The notes under the pieces were generated by a model. It did not search any database and was not told the origin of the DNA. It saw only the letters and a list, made by a program, of their open reading frames with translations. Below, one piece after another: positions 20,092 through 30,617 of a stretch of 64,000 bases of DNA (positions are counted from its first letter, which is position 1; each line of letters begins with the position of its first letter). Both the position numbers and the translations under genes were made by a program. Source of the stretch: an uncultured Candidatus Saccharibacteria bacterium (lineage in GTDB: Bacteria; Patescibacteriota; Minisyncoccia; Phycocordibacterales; JAACPR01); contig CAZIEY010000001.1 in NCBI GenBank assembly GCA_964538855.1, forward strand, positions 82,811-146,810, given 5' to 3'.

Positions 20092-20278
20092 AATAATAGC
20101 CCCGCGCTTGACCTACCTAGTGTGGTGGCGCGCGGGGCTCGTCTCTTGAACAAGTGAAGAATAATTGTGCTACTTGCCATCTGGTGAATTTTGGCTGAGG
20201 CCGTGGCCAAAGGCCTTGATCACGAGAATTAGGCTTTCACTCGCTCAGAGGAACTTGAATGTATACTTTCGTCCTACA
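20092..20278 (-). ncRNA. Candidate structured ncRNA (possibly 6S-like)
   Basis: TTGACT/TAGAAT promoter at ~20311-20284; CTCTGAGCGAGTGAA pairs with TTCACTTGTTCAAGAG; GC-rich terminal hairpin. Confidence 0.45.
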
Positions 20279-20343
20279 CACAATTCTACACCCACCATCC
20301 GACGAGTCAACTACTTACGCACAGTGAAAATGAATATGTAAAT

Positions 20344-20593
20344 AAAAAACGCAGGACGTCGAGGGAAAACCTCTTATTCCTGCGAAAAGCTGCACTGGGC
20401 ATTTAATCAACCTAACCACCCATGACGTGTCCGGGTCACAGACATAAGCTGATCATTTGCCCATCTGCATGCGTGCAACAGCATGCCCTCCCAAAAAGAT
20501 TGGGATACTTATACCGCGACATAGTAGCAGTCTTTTCCGAACTCAATCCACCTGAGTTGAGGTGTTTGGCTCCCTGCTAACACATCGCGATCT
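20344..20593 (-). ncRNA. Candidate ~250-nt structured ncRNA of unknown family
   Basis: TTGACA-17-TAAGAT promoter (20628-20600); several nested stems; CGCAGGA/TCCTGCG-T6 terminator. Confidence 0.5.
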
Positions 20594-20607
20594 TACATAA
20601 TCTTACA

Positions 20608-21651
20608 TCATTTTAATTTATTTGTCAAATACCCCTCCACCACCGCCTCTACTTCAGCCGGCGTATTGCATTCCATCAGTTTCAATTTCAAATCGTGGGC
20701 GCCAGGCAAACAGCTGGTGTATGACTTGTAATGTTTTTTCATAAGTGCGAAATTTTTGTGAGGCAACAGCTCAGCGAACAATTTTGTGTGCTCGACTAAA
20801 ACGTTCAAACGCTCCTCAACACTAGGAACCCGCCCACTGAAAAACCACGGGTTACCAAAAATTCCGCGACCAACCATGACACCATCGCATTTTGTTTGTT
20901 CAGTCAGCGCGCGTGCCTTTTCCAGACTATCAACATCACCATTTCCAAAAATGAGTGTACGTTCATCCGCCGGCACATCCGCCTGAACCGCGTCGCGAAT
21001 TTCAACAGCGCGTTTCACCCGTTCCCATCGAGCTGGAACTTTTGACATTTCTTTTCGAGTGCGTGCGTGAATCGTCACCACCGCCGGACGTTCGGCCAGC
21101 AAAATCGGCAACCACTCTTCTAGCTGGTCTTTGTTATATCCGAGGCGAGTTTTCACCGAAACCGGCATATTCGGCGCACCACGTTTCACCGCGCGAATAA
21201 TCGCCACCGCGCTTTCTGGATTTTTAATCATCGCAGAACCACATCCCTGTTTTTCGATGCTTTTATCAGGGCAACCCATATTCAAATCGATGCCGTCGAA
21301 TCCAAGTTCCGCGCACAACGCCGCCGCCTTTTCCATATTTTCAACACGCGATCCAAACAACTGCGCTACAATCGGACGCTCGATTTCGGCGTATTTCAAA
21401 TCGGCTCGCAATTTGTCTTGGCTCGTAATACCTTGTTCATTCGGATTATCATTCGGCGCTTTGACCAAGCCGTCAGCTGACACGAATTCCGTCCACATTA
21501 CGTCTGGCTTGCCGTATTTTGCGATGACACGTCGAAAAGAAACGTCAGTAACGTCCGCCATTGGAGCGAGCACCATAATCGGTTCGCTGCCCTTTTCTGC
21601 TTTTATTTTGTGCCAGAAATTGTTCATGCGTGTGTTTTGAGGTCCGCCCAT
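20608..21651 (-). CDS. dus: tRNA-dihydrouridine synthase
   Basis: LAPMADVTD, TEFVS, DLNMGCP, SVKTRLG, HART, GNGD. Confidence 0.95.
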   Translation of the reverse strand: MGGPQNTRMNNFWHKIKAEKGSEPIMVLAPMADVTDVSFRRVIAKYGKPDVMWTEFVSADGLVKAPNDNPNEQGITSQDKLRADLKYAEIERPIVAQLFGSRVENMEKAAALCAELGFDGIDLNMGCPDKSIEKQGCGSAMIKNPESAVAIIRAVKRGAPNMPVSVKTRLGYNKDQLEEWLPILLAERPAVVTIHARTRKEMSKVPARWERVKRAVEIRDAVQADVPADERTLIFGNGDVDSLEKARALTEQTKCDGVMVGRGIFGNPWFFSGRVPSVEERLNVLVEHTKLFAELLPHKNFALMKKHYKSYTSCLPGAHDLKLKLMECNTPAEVEAVVEGYLTNKLK

Positions 21652-21663
21652 ACTACCTCATTT

Positions 21664-22659
21664 TTAATAAAACTCAATGTTACGCAAGAGATACAAAATA
21701 ATTGCTCGCACATCCTTTTCGTTCCGTTCACCATCAAGCAAAATAATTGCGATAGTGCGCGACTCGGAATCCGAACCCAAGGGTAATTTGAAAAGCGCCA
21801 CGAGAGTGTGATTCGCTTCTTCTGTATAACCATTCTTCCCACCCACATATTTCGAGTCATTCACAAACACATTATTGTTATACCAAAGGTGCGATCCAAC
21901 GCGGTACATTCTCTCGTGCGTCATATCAATAATTTCCGGATAGCTACGATACACATACTGTGCGAGGCGCAACAAATCATCCGCGCTCGAGACATTTTTT
22001 TCTGACAAACCGCTCGGGTCGGAAAAACGCGTATTGCGCATTCCCAAATATTCTGCCTCCGAATTCATTTTGGAGATAAAATCATCTCGCCCTGCAACTT
22101 CAGCCAAAACTTCTGCGGCGTCATTAGACGATTGCAACAAAAGTGCACGCATCAATGCACTCACCGTGAGATTTTCTCCGGCACGCAAACCACCTTGTGT
22201 GCCATACGTCGAAACCGCTGAATACGAAACGCGCGTAGTCGCACCCTGATCAATATTTTTCAAAGCAACGAGCGCAGTCATCAATTTAGAAACTGAAGCG
22301 ATTGGGTGTTCAACAAATGAATCATAACTTTTAATTATTTCCCCAGTATCGAGATCTGCAATCAAATACGATCCGGCAGTTAATTTTGGGAAAGCCATGT
22401 CGGCATGTATCACGTGATATCCTCCATTTTTAGTTACATAGCTAATCGCACGACGAATAAAATTTGATTCGGTATTTGGTAGAGCAGCATCTTGGTCCTG
22501 TGTACCATTCTCGTATTGCTCAACAACCTCGGAATTACGATCTTCAAACAAGGATGAAACAAAATACATAGTAAGCCTCGCGAGACTTACTACACCATAC
22601 CCCGCAACTATCCCCACAATCATCGTTGTAAAAAATGTAGTGTATAATTTTGCCCTCAT
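21664..22659 (-). CDS. D-alanyl-D-alanine carboxypeptidase (peptidase S11)
   Basis: ASVSKLMT (SxxK), SSNDAA, GGKNGY. Confidence 0.9.
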   Translation of the reverse strand: MRAKLYTTFFTTMIVGIVAGYGVVSLARLTMYFVSSLFEDRNSEVVEQYENGTQDQDAALPNTESNFIRRAISYVTKNGGYHVIHADMAFPKLTAGSYLIADLDTGEIIKSYDSFVEHPIASVSKLMTALVALKNIDQGATTRVSYSAVSTYGTQGGLRAGENLTVSALMRALLLQSSNDAAEVLAEVAGRDDFISKMNSEAEYLGMRNTRFSDPSGLSEKNVSSADDLLRLAQYVYRSYPEIIDMTHERMYRVGSHLWYNNNVFVNDSKYVGGKNGYTEEANHTLVALFKLPLGSDSESRTIAIILLDGERNEKDVRAIILYLLRNIEFY

Positions 22660-24137
22660 GAAAGTTCCTCGACGTACTGCGAAGTTACCACCCGTTCATT
22701 ATCGCGACGCACATTGTCGGCTAGCTTTTTCAAAAACTTTACAATAGAGATAAGATACGTTCCATCAATACTTGGACCTGAAAATTTCGCGGCGACGTCC
22801 CGAATAACTTGGTATGTAAAAAATACATTTTTCTCAGATTCAATCATTTTAACTTGATCCTTCAGAATGCGATGCAGGGTTTGATTATCAATTTTAGAAA
22901 ATTGAATCTTTTCGAAATGTCGAACAAATTTTGTATGCGGTGCAATTGTTGCATGATATTCATCTGTATCGACTACTGCGATAATATTCAAATCGGTCGA
23001 CTTCAAGAAACTATCCATCAATTCCGAAGCATCGAGCCCTAATGCATGAGCCTGCTCTATAAAGACTGAAGTTTGGGGCAACACCAAAATTACTTTTCCA
23101 TCTCTATGCGCTTCTTCAAGAACGCCGCGGATAATACGCTCGAACTCGTCTTTGGTTTTCACTGCATCCAAAAATTTTTCGGAACTCAAAAAATAAATTT
23201 CCTTACCCTCAATCGCATACAACGCGTTACCTCGTAAAATAATTTGTCCGAGTGCCGACACAATTTCCATCCCCGCCTCGATGGTCGGAGCAACCAACAA
23301 AACATTACGGCCACGTTTATGAGCCAGAACGTTCTCCACTTCCTGCGCCTCCTTTTTATAAATACGCCACTCTTCTCCGAGACTTGTGTACAGACGACTT
23401 TTGTAAATTGGCAGACAATATGTATCAAGAATGGAAAATTGAGTATACGTCCACGTCTTGCCGATACTCGGGATCCGTTCCAATCGATCACGTGATAAAA
23501 AGAGTGCCCGCTTTCTCTGTTCATACAAAATTTCATTTGCCCATTGTAATGCACCCAAAAAGGTCTTTTCATCGACAAAATTAATGTCTAAAAAATATCG
23601 CAATTCAGAGTCACGTGTATACAACGCGGAACCATACAGCACAGGTGTGGTCTCGCCTCGCTCTGTTTCAATAAACTCGACACTTACTTCACGAAGTTTT
23701 TTTCGATCCTTGTTTTTAATAAAATACGTAACAGATGCGTCTGGAATATTTAACCGATCCAATGTAGTACTACCAATTTCCGACTCGAAGAAACTTTTGA
23801 CCACGTCATTTTCATCTGACCAAAAAACAAGCTGAGCGACCTCAAAATCGACGAGCGTTTTTCTGAAATAGTATGACAGATAAAACCATTCGGTAAGATA
23901 TGCAAATAATGTTGCAAGAAAAATGAGGAAAAATCCACCGCGAATGCGATACATATCCGTGGTCACATTATCACCCATGACAATATGCGTAAAAAGCATC
24001 GCTATCAGCGCAGTAATTGTTGAAACCAATAAAATGGTTCGAAAAATCTTTCTGCTCCTGTATGGAAAATGTCGTTCCATAAGCAAAGCCGGATATAAAT
24101 CTTCACTATGTTTTCTGAGTTGGGCAAACGTTATCAT
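22656..24137 (-). CDS. Membrane-anchored degenerate ClpA/B-like AAA+ protein
   Basis: Two TMs; ClpA NBD1-like layout (NVLLV, ILVL, RHFEKI, FTYQ) but Walker A/B degenerate. Confidence 0.65.
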   Translation of the reverse strand: MITFAQLRKHSEDLYPALLMERHFPYRSRKIFRTILLVSTITALIAMLFTHIVMGDNVTTDMYRIRGGFFLIFLATLFAYLTEWFYLSYYFRKTLVDFEVAQLVFWSDENDVVKSFFESEIGSTTLDRLNIPDASVTYFIKNKDRKKLREVSVEFIETERGETTPVLYGSALYTRDSELRYFLDINFVDEKTFLGALQWANEILYEQRKRALFLSRDRLERIPSIGKTWTYTQFSILDTYCLPIYKSRLYTSLGEEWRIYKKEAQEVENVLAHKRGRNVLLVAPTIEAGMEIVSALGQIILRGNALYAIEGKEIYFLSSEKFLDAVKTKDEFERIIRGVLEEAHRDGKVILVLPQTSVFIEQAHALGLDASELMDSFLKSTDLNIIAVVDTDEYHATIAPHTKFVRHFEKIQFSKIDNQTLHRILKDQVKMIESEKNVFFTYQVIRDVAAKFSGPSIDGTYLISIVKFLKKLADNVRRDNERVVTSQYVEELS

Positions 24138-24138
24138 A

Positions 24139-24516
24139 TTATTGGAAGAAACTTATTAAACCGGCTCCGAAAAGACCTAGAGACAAAAATGGAAGAGCGA
24201 TCCAAAAAATAAAAACTGCAGTCCAAAATACGAATGTCAAAATGAATGAAAGAAGCCCACATAAAATAGTTGCGATTCTGACTAGAAATCCGACGAGTCC
24301 CACGACAATAGTGACGAGCACCATTTCCCGATCCTTCTCATCAGACCCTGCCTCTGGTCGAGAACGAAATGGTTGAAAAATAGTCTTGAATAAGAGTTTG
24401 ATAGAAAAGAAGTTATACGAAAAGAACACAATATTTCTATACACGGCCAAAATATGAGCAAAGGCAGTGGTGTAATGCCACGAGAGATAATATGCAGGAA
24501 TTAAAAAAGCTTTCAT
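24139..24516 (-). CDS. Hypothetical membrane protein
   Basis: YLSWHY..FFSIKLLFKTIFQPF, hydrophobic C-terminus. Confidence 0.75.
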   Translation of the reverse strand: MKAFLIPAYYLSWHYTTAFAHILAVYRNIVFFSYNFFSIKLLFKTIFQPFRSRPEAGSDEKDREMVLVTIVVGLVGFLVRIATILCGLLSFILTFVFWTAVFIFWIALPFLSLGLFGAGLISFFQ

Positions 24517-24553
24517 TGCTCACTTATTATATCGCACTCCTTAAAAAGAAAAA

Positions 24554-25393
24554 CTAAGTTTTCGGATCAAGTGGCGTGGTGATTTTATAAAAAACCTTGT
24601 TACCGAATCGCAAATCAATATATTGTAAATTTTGAAATTGCGCCTTATTAATTTCCTCTTGCTCGATCACGATTTTCAGGTTTTCATAAATCTGGTCCGC
24701 CTCGTTATTTTTCTCTACGAGCAGATATGGCCCCTTTACGGTATGAATTGCAAACGTTTCAAAATCCTCGGTTTCAATCGTCTTGACGACAATGTGTAGT
24801 TGAGGAACTTTTTGTACGAAATTGATTAAATTATTAAAGTTTTCTATTGGCAAGTAATGAGTGCCGACGATAGTCGTTGTTGCGACATCACCAAATAATT
24901 TTGGAACCTCAAAAAAATGAGCGTCAGTCTCTGGTGCAAAAAATTGACCTTTCCTATTTACTACATAACAAGGCTTGGATTCGGTACGCGCGTCACGACC
25001 ACACCACTTTGCGACCACTTCGTGCTCTTTTACTACAATATTGAGGTGATGGAGAGATTCTCGGTTTACAAATACTTCAGAAATAGATGAATTATTCGCG
25101 AGCAAACGTGTGCGAATAGAAGTTGACGGGACGAAAAGGAAATTTCTTTTTGAAAAAAGACCAAAATATTTTTCATCGAGCACGCCATTAATTTCCTTCA
25201 GCAAATCTGAGGACGCTGCAAATGTAGCCTCGGAAACAGTAACTGATGAAATCGAAAAAGATGGATGATTAAACCAGAAGACAAATCCATAAAGACAAAT
25301 CAAAGTGCACACCACCCAAAAAAACATTTTGAGCATCAGGAGATTTTTTTTCTTTTTCTCGAGTTGCGGTGAACGGTATTGATTTTTAGACAT
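24554..25393 (-). CDS. ftsQ: FtsQ/DivIB-like cell division protein
   Basis: Basic N-terminus, single TM, POTRA-like region, C-terminal YIDLRFGNKVFYK. Confidence 0.8.
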   Translation of the reverse strand: MSKNQYRSPQLEKKKKNLLMLKMFFWVVCTLICLYGFVFWFNHPSFSISSVTVSEATFAASSDLLKEINGVLDEKYFGLFSKRNFLFVPSTSIRTRLLANNSSISEVFVNRESLHHLNIVVKEHEVVAKWCGRDARTESKPCYVVNRKGQFFAPETDAHFFEVPKLFGDVATTTIVGTHYLPIENFNNLINFVQKVPQLHIVVKTIETEDFETFAIHTVKGPYLLVEKNNEADQIYENLKIVIEQEEINKAQFQNLQYIDLRFGNKVFYKITTPLDPKT

Positions 25394-25398
25394 AGGTC

Positions 25399-26664
25399 TT
25401 AATCTTTTTTAATAAACTCCTTGCCCATGTATGGGACAAGCACCTCTGGTACCTTAATACTACCATCTGCCTGCTGGAAATTTTCCACAAGTGAGACCAA
25501 GATGCGTGGTGTTGGAATTGCAGTGCAGTTTAGTGAGTGCGCGAATCGCAGTTTTTCATCGGTGTCGCGATAACGAATATTGAGGCGGCGAGTTTGAAAA
25601 TCATGGAAATATGAAGCTGAGGAAATTTCGCGATATGTTTTTTCTCCTGGCACCCACAATTCGATATCAAATTTTTTGACTTGACCAAGCCCAAGGTCAC
25701 CTCCGCAATTCACCACAGTGTGATATGGAATGCCGAGCGATTCAATAAATTCTTCGGTGTTGCGATTAATTTCTTCGTGAAGTGCGGCTGATGTTTCGTG
25801 ATTTGCTTCGCATAACACAACTTGTTCCATTTTGAAAAATTCATGCACACGAATGAGACCTTTTGTATCCTTGCTGTGTGCACCTGCCTCACGTCGGAAA
25901 CACGGTGAAAATGCAAGTACCTTGACTGGAAACTTTTTCGCGTCGATGACGGTGTCAGTGAAATAACTCATTGCAGAGACTTCGCCTGTTCCTGCTAAAT
26001 AATCGTCGTCTTGCGTTCTGTAGAGGTCTTCTTCACCTTGTGGTAGATATCCAGTACCATACATAGTCTGCTTTCGAACAAGTGAAGGGACGATCATAAA
26101 TTGAAATCCTTTTTTCATCCAGAAATCACGTGCATAATTCCAAATTGCAAACGTAAGTACCGCACCAGCATTTTTCAAAAAATAACCACGGAAACCGGCA
26201 ACCTCGGCGCCTTTTTCAAAATCAGCCATGTCCAAGTCCTTCATCAAATCAATGTGATTTTTCGCAGCGAACGTAAAAGTGTTTTGTTCTCCCCACTTTT
26301 TGACTTCTTGATTGTCTGCATCGTCGTCACCATCTGGCACTGTCATGTCTGGCACATTAGGCACTTGCACCATTAACAATTGCCACTTTTTCATAATTTC
26401 ACGTAACGTTTCATCGTCTTTTTGAAGATCCTCTTTCAAGACTTTCATTTCGGCGAGCAATGCTGCTTTTTCTTCTGGAGTCGCCTTTGGAATTTTTTCA
26501 CTGACGGCGTTTTGCTTTGCGCGCTTTTCCTCGACTCGCAAAAGAGTCGCTCGACGTTCATCATCCACCGAGATCAATTCGTCTACGTTAAAATTGATGT
26601 GCTTTTTCTTTGCACCTGCTGCGACGACGTCTTTATTTTCTCGTATGAATTTAATATCAAGCAT
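25399..26664 (-). CDS. serS: Serine--tRNA ligase
   Basis: MLDIKFIREN, FRREAG, RVHEF, EISSAS. Confidence 0.98.
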   Translation of the reverse strand: MLDIKFIRENKDVVAAGAKKKHINFNVDELISVDDERRATLLRVEEKRAKQNAVSEKIPKATPEEKAALLAEMKVLKEDLQKDDETLREIMKKWQLLMVQVPNVPDMTVPDGDDDADNQEVKKWGEQNTFTFAAKNHIDLMKDLDMADFEKGAEVAGFRGYFLKNAGAVLTFAIWNYARDFWMKKGFQFMIVPSLVRKQTMYGTGYLPQGEEDLYRTQDDDYLAGTGEVSAMSYFTDTVIDAKKFPVKVLAFSPCFRREAGAHSKDTKGLIRVHEFFKMEQVVLCEANHETSAALHEEINRNTEEFIESLGIPYHTVVNCGGDLGLGQVKKFDIELWVPGEKTYREISSASYFHDFQTRRLNIRYRDTDEKLRFAHSLNCTAIPTPRILVSLVENFQQADGSIKVPEVLVPYMGKEFIKKD

Positions 26665-26752
26665 TTTCTTTATTTTTTCTCTATTATTTCTTTATTACAA
26701 CATCATACCAGATTTGTCATACTTTGAGAACCTGCGTAACCAGCAGGACAAC

Positions 26753-27619
26753 ATGCTACATATATTAGACGATTATCCGATCAGGGTCTTTCCCAAATCG
26801 GAGTGGCCTTTGGGATTATTAGAAATTCCCACACCGCCCGCACAATTACATATTCGGGGCACCATTCCGACCGAGGTGAAGTTTCTATGTGTCGTCGGTC
26901 CACGCAAATACACGGAATACGGTAAAATGGCGTGTCAGAAATTAATTTCCGGTCTCGCAGGATTTCCTGTTTGTATTGTTTCAGGGCTCGCATATGGTAT
27001 GGATTCAATTGCACACAAAGCAGCAATGGAAAGTGGGCTTGTTACAATTGCCTTCCCGGGATCAGGACTCGGTGAAGATGTCATCTATCCATCAGCGCAC
27101 ATTCACCTCGCTAAAGAGATTTTAGAACGAGGTGGATGTCTCATATCGGAATTCGACAATACTTTTGGTATTCAAAATTGGATGTTTCCACAGCGCAATC
27201 GCCTACTCGCGGGAATTGCCGACGCAGTCCTTATTATAGAGGCTCACGAAAAATCTGGAACCTCGATCACAGCGCGCCTTGCTACTGACTATAATAGAGA
27301 GCTATGTGTTGTGCCTGGTTCAATTTTCAATGACAGTTCGATTGGGTCAAATCGAATGATTCGTGCTGGTGCGACCGTAGTTACATCTTCGAAAGATATT
27401 TTAGAAGCACTTCGCTTTGAGCCACAACAAACCGAACTCGTTTTTAACAATGTAAACGAGGAAGAAAAAATGCTGCTTAAAAACATCCTCGAACCAACAA
27501 GTGTCGAGGAATTACTACGCCGAACTGGAATGCAGATCAACGAAATAAACGTGCTTATCACTGGGCTTGAAATAAAAAATATTGTACAAGTTATAAACGG
27601 AAAAATTTGCAAAAAATAG
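26753..27619 (+). CDS. dprA: DNA-processing protein DprA
   Basis: IVSGLAYGMDSIAH, FPQRNR, SGTSITA; upstream of topA. Confidence 0.95.
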   Translation: MLHILDDYPIRVFPKSEWPLGLLEIPTPPAQLHIRGTIPTEVKFLCVVGPRKYTEYGKMACQKLISGLAGFPVCIVSGLAYGMDSIAHKAAMESGLVTIAFPGSGLGEDVIYPSAHIHLAKEILERGGCLISEFDNTFGIQNWMFPQRNRLLAGIADAVLIIEAHEKSGTSITARLATDYNRELCVVPGSIFNDSSIGSNRMIRAGATVVTSSKDILEALRFEPQQTELVFNNVNEEEKMLLKNILEPTSVEELLRRTGMQINEINVLITGLEIKNIVQVINGKICKK

Positions 27620-27642
27620 TCAGATGAGTTATTTTGTCATTA

Positions 27643-29868
27643 ATGGCTACAAAAAAAATCAACATGGCATCGACAACAAATGGGAGCGGAAAAAAACTTC
27701 TCATTGTTGAGTCACCTGCAAAAGCAAAAACTATTTCCAAATATCTGGGCGCGGATTTTACTGTGGTCGCATCAGTTGGTCACGTGCGCGATTTACCGAA
27801 GAATAATAAAAAAGCGATCGACATCAAAGCGGGCTTCGTGCCGACCTATGAAATCAGCGCCGGCAAAGATCACGTCATTTCAGAAATAAAACGCCTCGCA
27901 AAAAAAGCAGACGAAATTTATCTCGCGACTGACCCCGACCGTGAAGGTGAAGCAATCGCATGGCACTTGAAAGAAGTGCTCGGCCTCAAAAACGCACAGC
28001 GTGTCACATTTAACGAAATCACAAAAGAAACTGTGAACGAAGCTGTGTTACATCCGCGCAAAATCGACGACAATTTGCGAATCGCCCAGGAAGCGCGTCG
28101 TGTGTTGGACCGTCTCGTCGGTTACGATTTGTCAGGTTTGATTTGGAAAAAAGTTCGCTACGGATTATCTGCAGGTCGAGTTCAATCCCCTGCGCTCCGC
28201 ATTATCATGGAACGCGAACGCGAAATTCGCGCTTTCAAGCCAGAAGACTTTTGGGTTATTACTGCGACAACTGAAAATGCGAAAGCTCGATTTGGATTAA
28301 CTTGCGCCGAAGAGCCAAAAACTGTCGCGGAAGCCGACCGAATCGTGAGTGTCGGTCGCGCTGGAACGTGGACTGTTCGCGACGTAAAAGAAACCGCGGC
28401 GAAACGTTCTGCTCGTCCACCTTTTATTACTTCAACATTGCAACAGACAGCATCGACTCGTCTTGGATTTTCTCCTTCTCGAACCATGGGAATCGCTCAA
28501 AAATTGTACGAAGCCGGTCACATCACCTATATGCGTACCGACAGCGTGAACCTCAGCCAAAATGCGCTCGGGCAAATTCGCACCGTCGTTGGAAAATTAT
28601 TCGGTGAGGACAAATATCAATCGCGAGTGTTCGCTTCAAAATCAAAAAATGCACAAGAAGCCCACGAAGCAATTCGTCCGTCAGATATTTCAAAACGTTC
28701 TGCCGGCTCTACACCTGAACAGAAAAAATTGTACGAAATGATTTGGGCGCGTACTGTTGCGAGCCAAATGAAAGATGCCGAAGTTATGCGCACAAAATTG
28801 AGTGTCGCAGTTAATGGCGGCGAAACTCCTGATTTCACTGCAAACGGCCAGCGTGTGATTCGCGAAAACTGGTTGATGGCAGATCCTGCAGCGCGCGGCG
28901 AAGACGTCGAATTGCCGAGTGTTATAATTGGCGAGACTTTGAAATTGGTTCAAATTAATTCTGAAGGCAAACAAACATTGCCGCCAGGACGTTACACCGA
29001 AGCAGGCCTCATTAAAGAATTAGAAAAGCGCGGCATCGGTCGCCCTTCTACCTATGCATCTATTATTCGCACAATTACCGAACGTGAATATGTAACAAAA
29101 GAAGGCAAAACATTAATTCCAACTGATACTGGCGATGTTGTGTCTTCTTTCCTCGAACAGAATTTCGAAAAATACATCAGCGATTCTTTTACTGCTGAAA
29201 TGGAAAATGAATTGGATGAAATCGCAAATGGTGAACGCGATTACGTAAAAACAATGAAGGATTTTTACGGACCATTTTCTGATGACGTAAAATCAAAAGA
29301 AAAAATCGATAAATTAACAACGCTCGGCGAAGCTGATGCGAAATGGAAATGTCCAAAATGCGGCGCAAGTATGCAGATAAAACTCGGTCGTGGAGGAAAA
29401 TTTTTAAGCTGTTCCAAATATCCTGAATGCGATGGCGCTTTGACTATTGAAGGTCACGAAATCAAAGCCGACGAACCAATTGGAAATCACCCAACAAGCG
29501 GCGAACCAATTTTTGTGAAAGTCGGACGATTCGGCCCATACGTACAACTCGGAATCGGAGGTAAAGATGAAAAAGGCAAAAAAATAAAAGCGCGTATGGC
29601 AAGCATTCCGAAAGAAAAAAATCCAACGGAAGTTACAGTTGAAGAGGCAGCAAAATATTTGAGTGTACCTCGACCACTCGGTGCACACCCTGAAACAGGT
29701 GCAACTATTACCGCAGGCGTCGGACGCTTTGGTCCTTACATTGTGCACGAAAAAGATTTCCGATCTCTCAAGACCGACAGTGTGTACGATATTTCTCTCG
29801 AACGTGCCATCGAAATTTTGAAGGAACCGAAAAAGCCGCGAGGGTTTAAAAAGAAGGAGAAAAAGTAA
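27643..29868 (+). CDS. topA: DNA topoisomerase I
   Basis: IVESPAKAKTI, DPDREGE, SAGRVQS, ITYMRTD. Confidence 0.98.
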   Translation: MATKKINMASTTNGSGKKLLIVESPAKAKTISKYLGADFTVVASVGHVRDLPKNNKKAIDIKAGFVPTYEISAGKDHVISEIKRLAKKADEIYLATDPDREGEAIAWHLKEVLGLKNAQRVTFNEITKETVNEAVLHPRKIDDNLRIAQEARRVLDRLVGYDLSGLIWKKVRYGLSAGRVQSPALRIIMEREREIRAFKPEDFWVITATTENAKARFGLTCAEEPKTVAEADRIVSVGRAGTWTVRDVKETAAKRSARPPFITSTLQQTASTRLGFSPSRTMGIAQKLYEAGHITYMRTDSVNLSQNALGQIRTVVGKLFGEDKYQSRVFASKSKNAQEAHEAIRPSDISKRSAGSTPEQKKLYEMIWARTVASQMKDAEVMRTKLSVAVNGGETPDFTANGQRVIRENWLMADPAARGEDVELPSVIIGETLKLVQINSEGKQTLPPGRYTEAGLIKELEKRGIGRPSTYASIIRTITEREYVTKEGKTLIPTDTGDVVSSFLEQNFEKYISDSFTAEMENELDEIANGERDYVKTMKDFYGPFSDDVKSKEKIDKLTTLGEADAKWKCPKCGASMQIKLGRGGKFLSCSKYPECDGALTIEGHEIKADEPIGNHPTSGEPIFVKVGRFGPYVQLGIGGKDEKGKKIKARMASIPKEKNPTEVTVEEAAKYLSVPRPLGAHPETGATITAGVGRFGPYIVHEKDFRSLKTDSVYDISLERAIEILKEPKKPRGFKKKEKK

Positions 29869-29869
29869 A

Positions 29870-30598
29870 TTAGAATTTCAAAATCCAAGTCGTTTGATTA
29901 ACATAATCAGCATCTTTTAATATCTCTGAAACTTGCTGGGCATCTGTATCGGATAATTTATACTTCTCAATTAATAATTCGGATAAACCTAGCACTTTTC
30001 GATTTTGTATACATTCGAATTCGATACCTTGTTCCTTAAAGAAGTCTTCAATTTGATTCGGTGTACTAAAAAAGAATTCCGATCTTTGTAATTGAGGGAT
30101 AGCACCACCAAACAACTTTTTCGACGCACTTTGTAATGGATCAGGATCTTGTGATTCCGCACCTTGATGTTGGATAATTCCAATTGTACGTCCAATTCTT
30201 TTCATCTCGGCAATAATTTGATGTTGTGATTCTAAATTATTCCATGCCAAAACATATCTGCATACAACAACATCTATACTTTTTTCTGGTATATCAATAT
30301 GACCTAAATCAGATTTAATCTTAATATCAGCCGAGTTATCAAGTAAATCATCTTCATTAACATCAACCGCAATTGAGTGAAATTCATATTCTGGTAGTAT
30401 GTTCAGTAAATCCCTTAAAAAAGCGCCCTTATGACTACCTAGATCTGCTAAGGAATAAGAGATTCCTGGTTGTATATACTTTCTCACCACATCAGCAAAT
30501 AGTGGCGCGGATTCAGCATACATAGAGTAGGCAGCATTCGATACAGCCTCGCCATGAAACATTTTAGGAGCATTATCTCCTTGTTCTTTGGGATTCAT
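29870..30598 (-). CDS. Class I SAM-dependent methyltransferase
   Basis: LADLGSHKG, AVDVN, SIDVVVCRYVL. Confidence 0.8.
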   Translation of the reverse strand: MNPKEQGDNAPKMFHGEAVSNAAYSMYAESAPLFADVVRKYIQPGISYSLADLGSHKGAFLRDLLNILPEYEFHSIAVDVNEDDLLDNSADIKIKSDLGHIDIPEKSIDVVVCRYVLAWNNLESQHQIIAEMKRIGRTIGIIQHQGAESQDPDPLQSASKKLFGGAIPQLQRSEFFFSTPNQIEDFFKEQGIEFECIQNRKVLGLSELLIEKYKLSDTDAQQVSEILKDADYVNQTTWILKF

Positions 30599-30617
30599 AG
30601 TACCAATATATACTACG

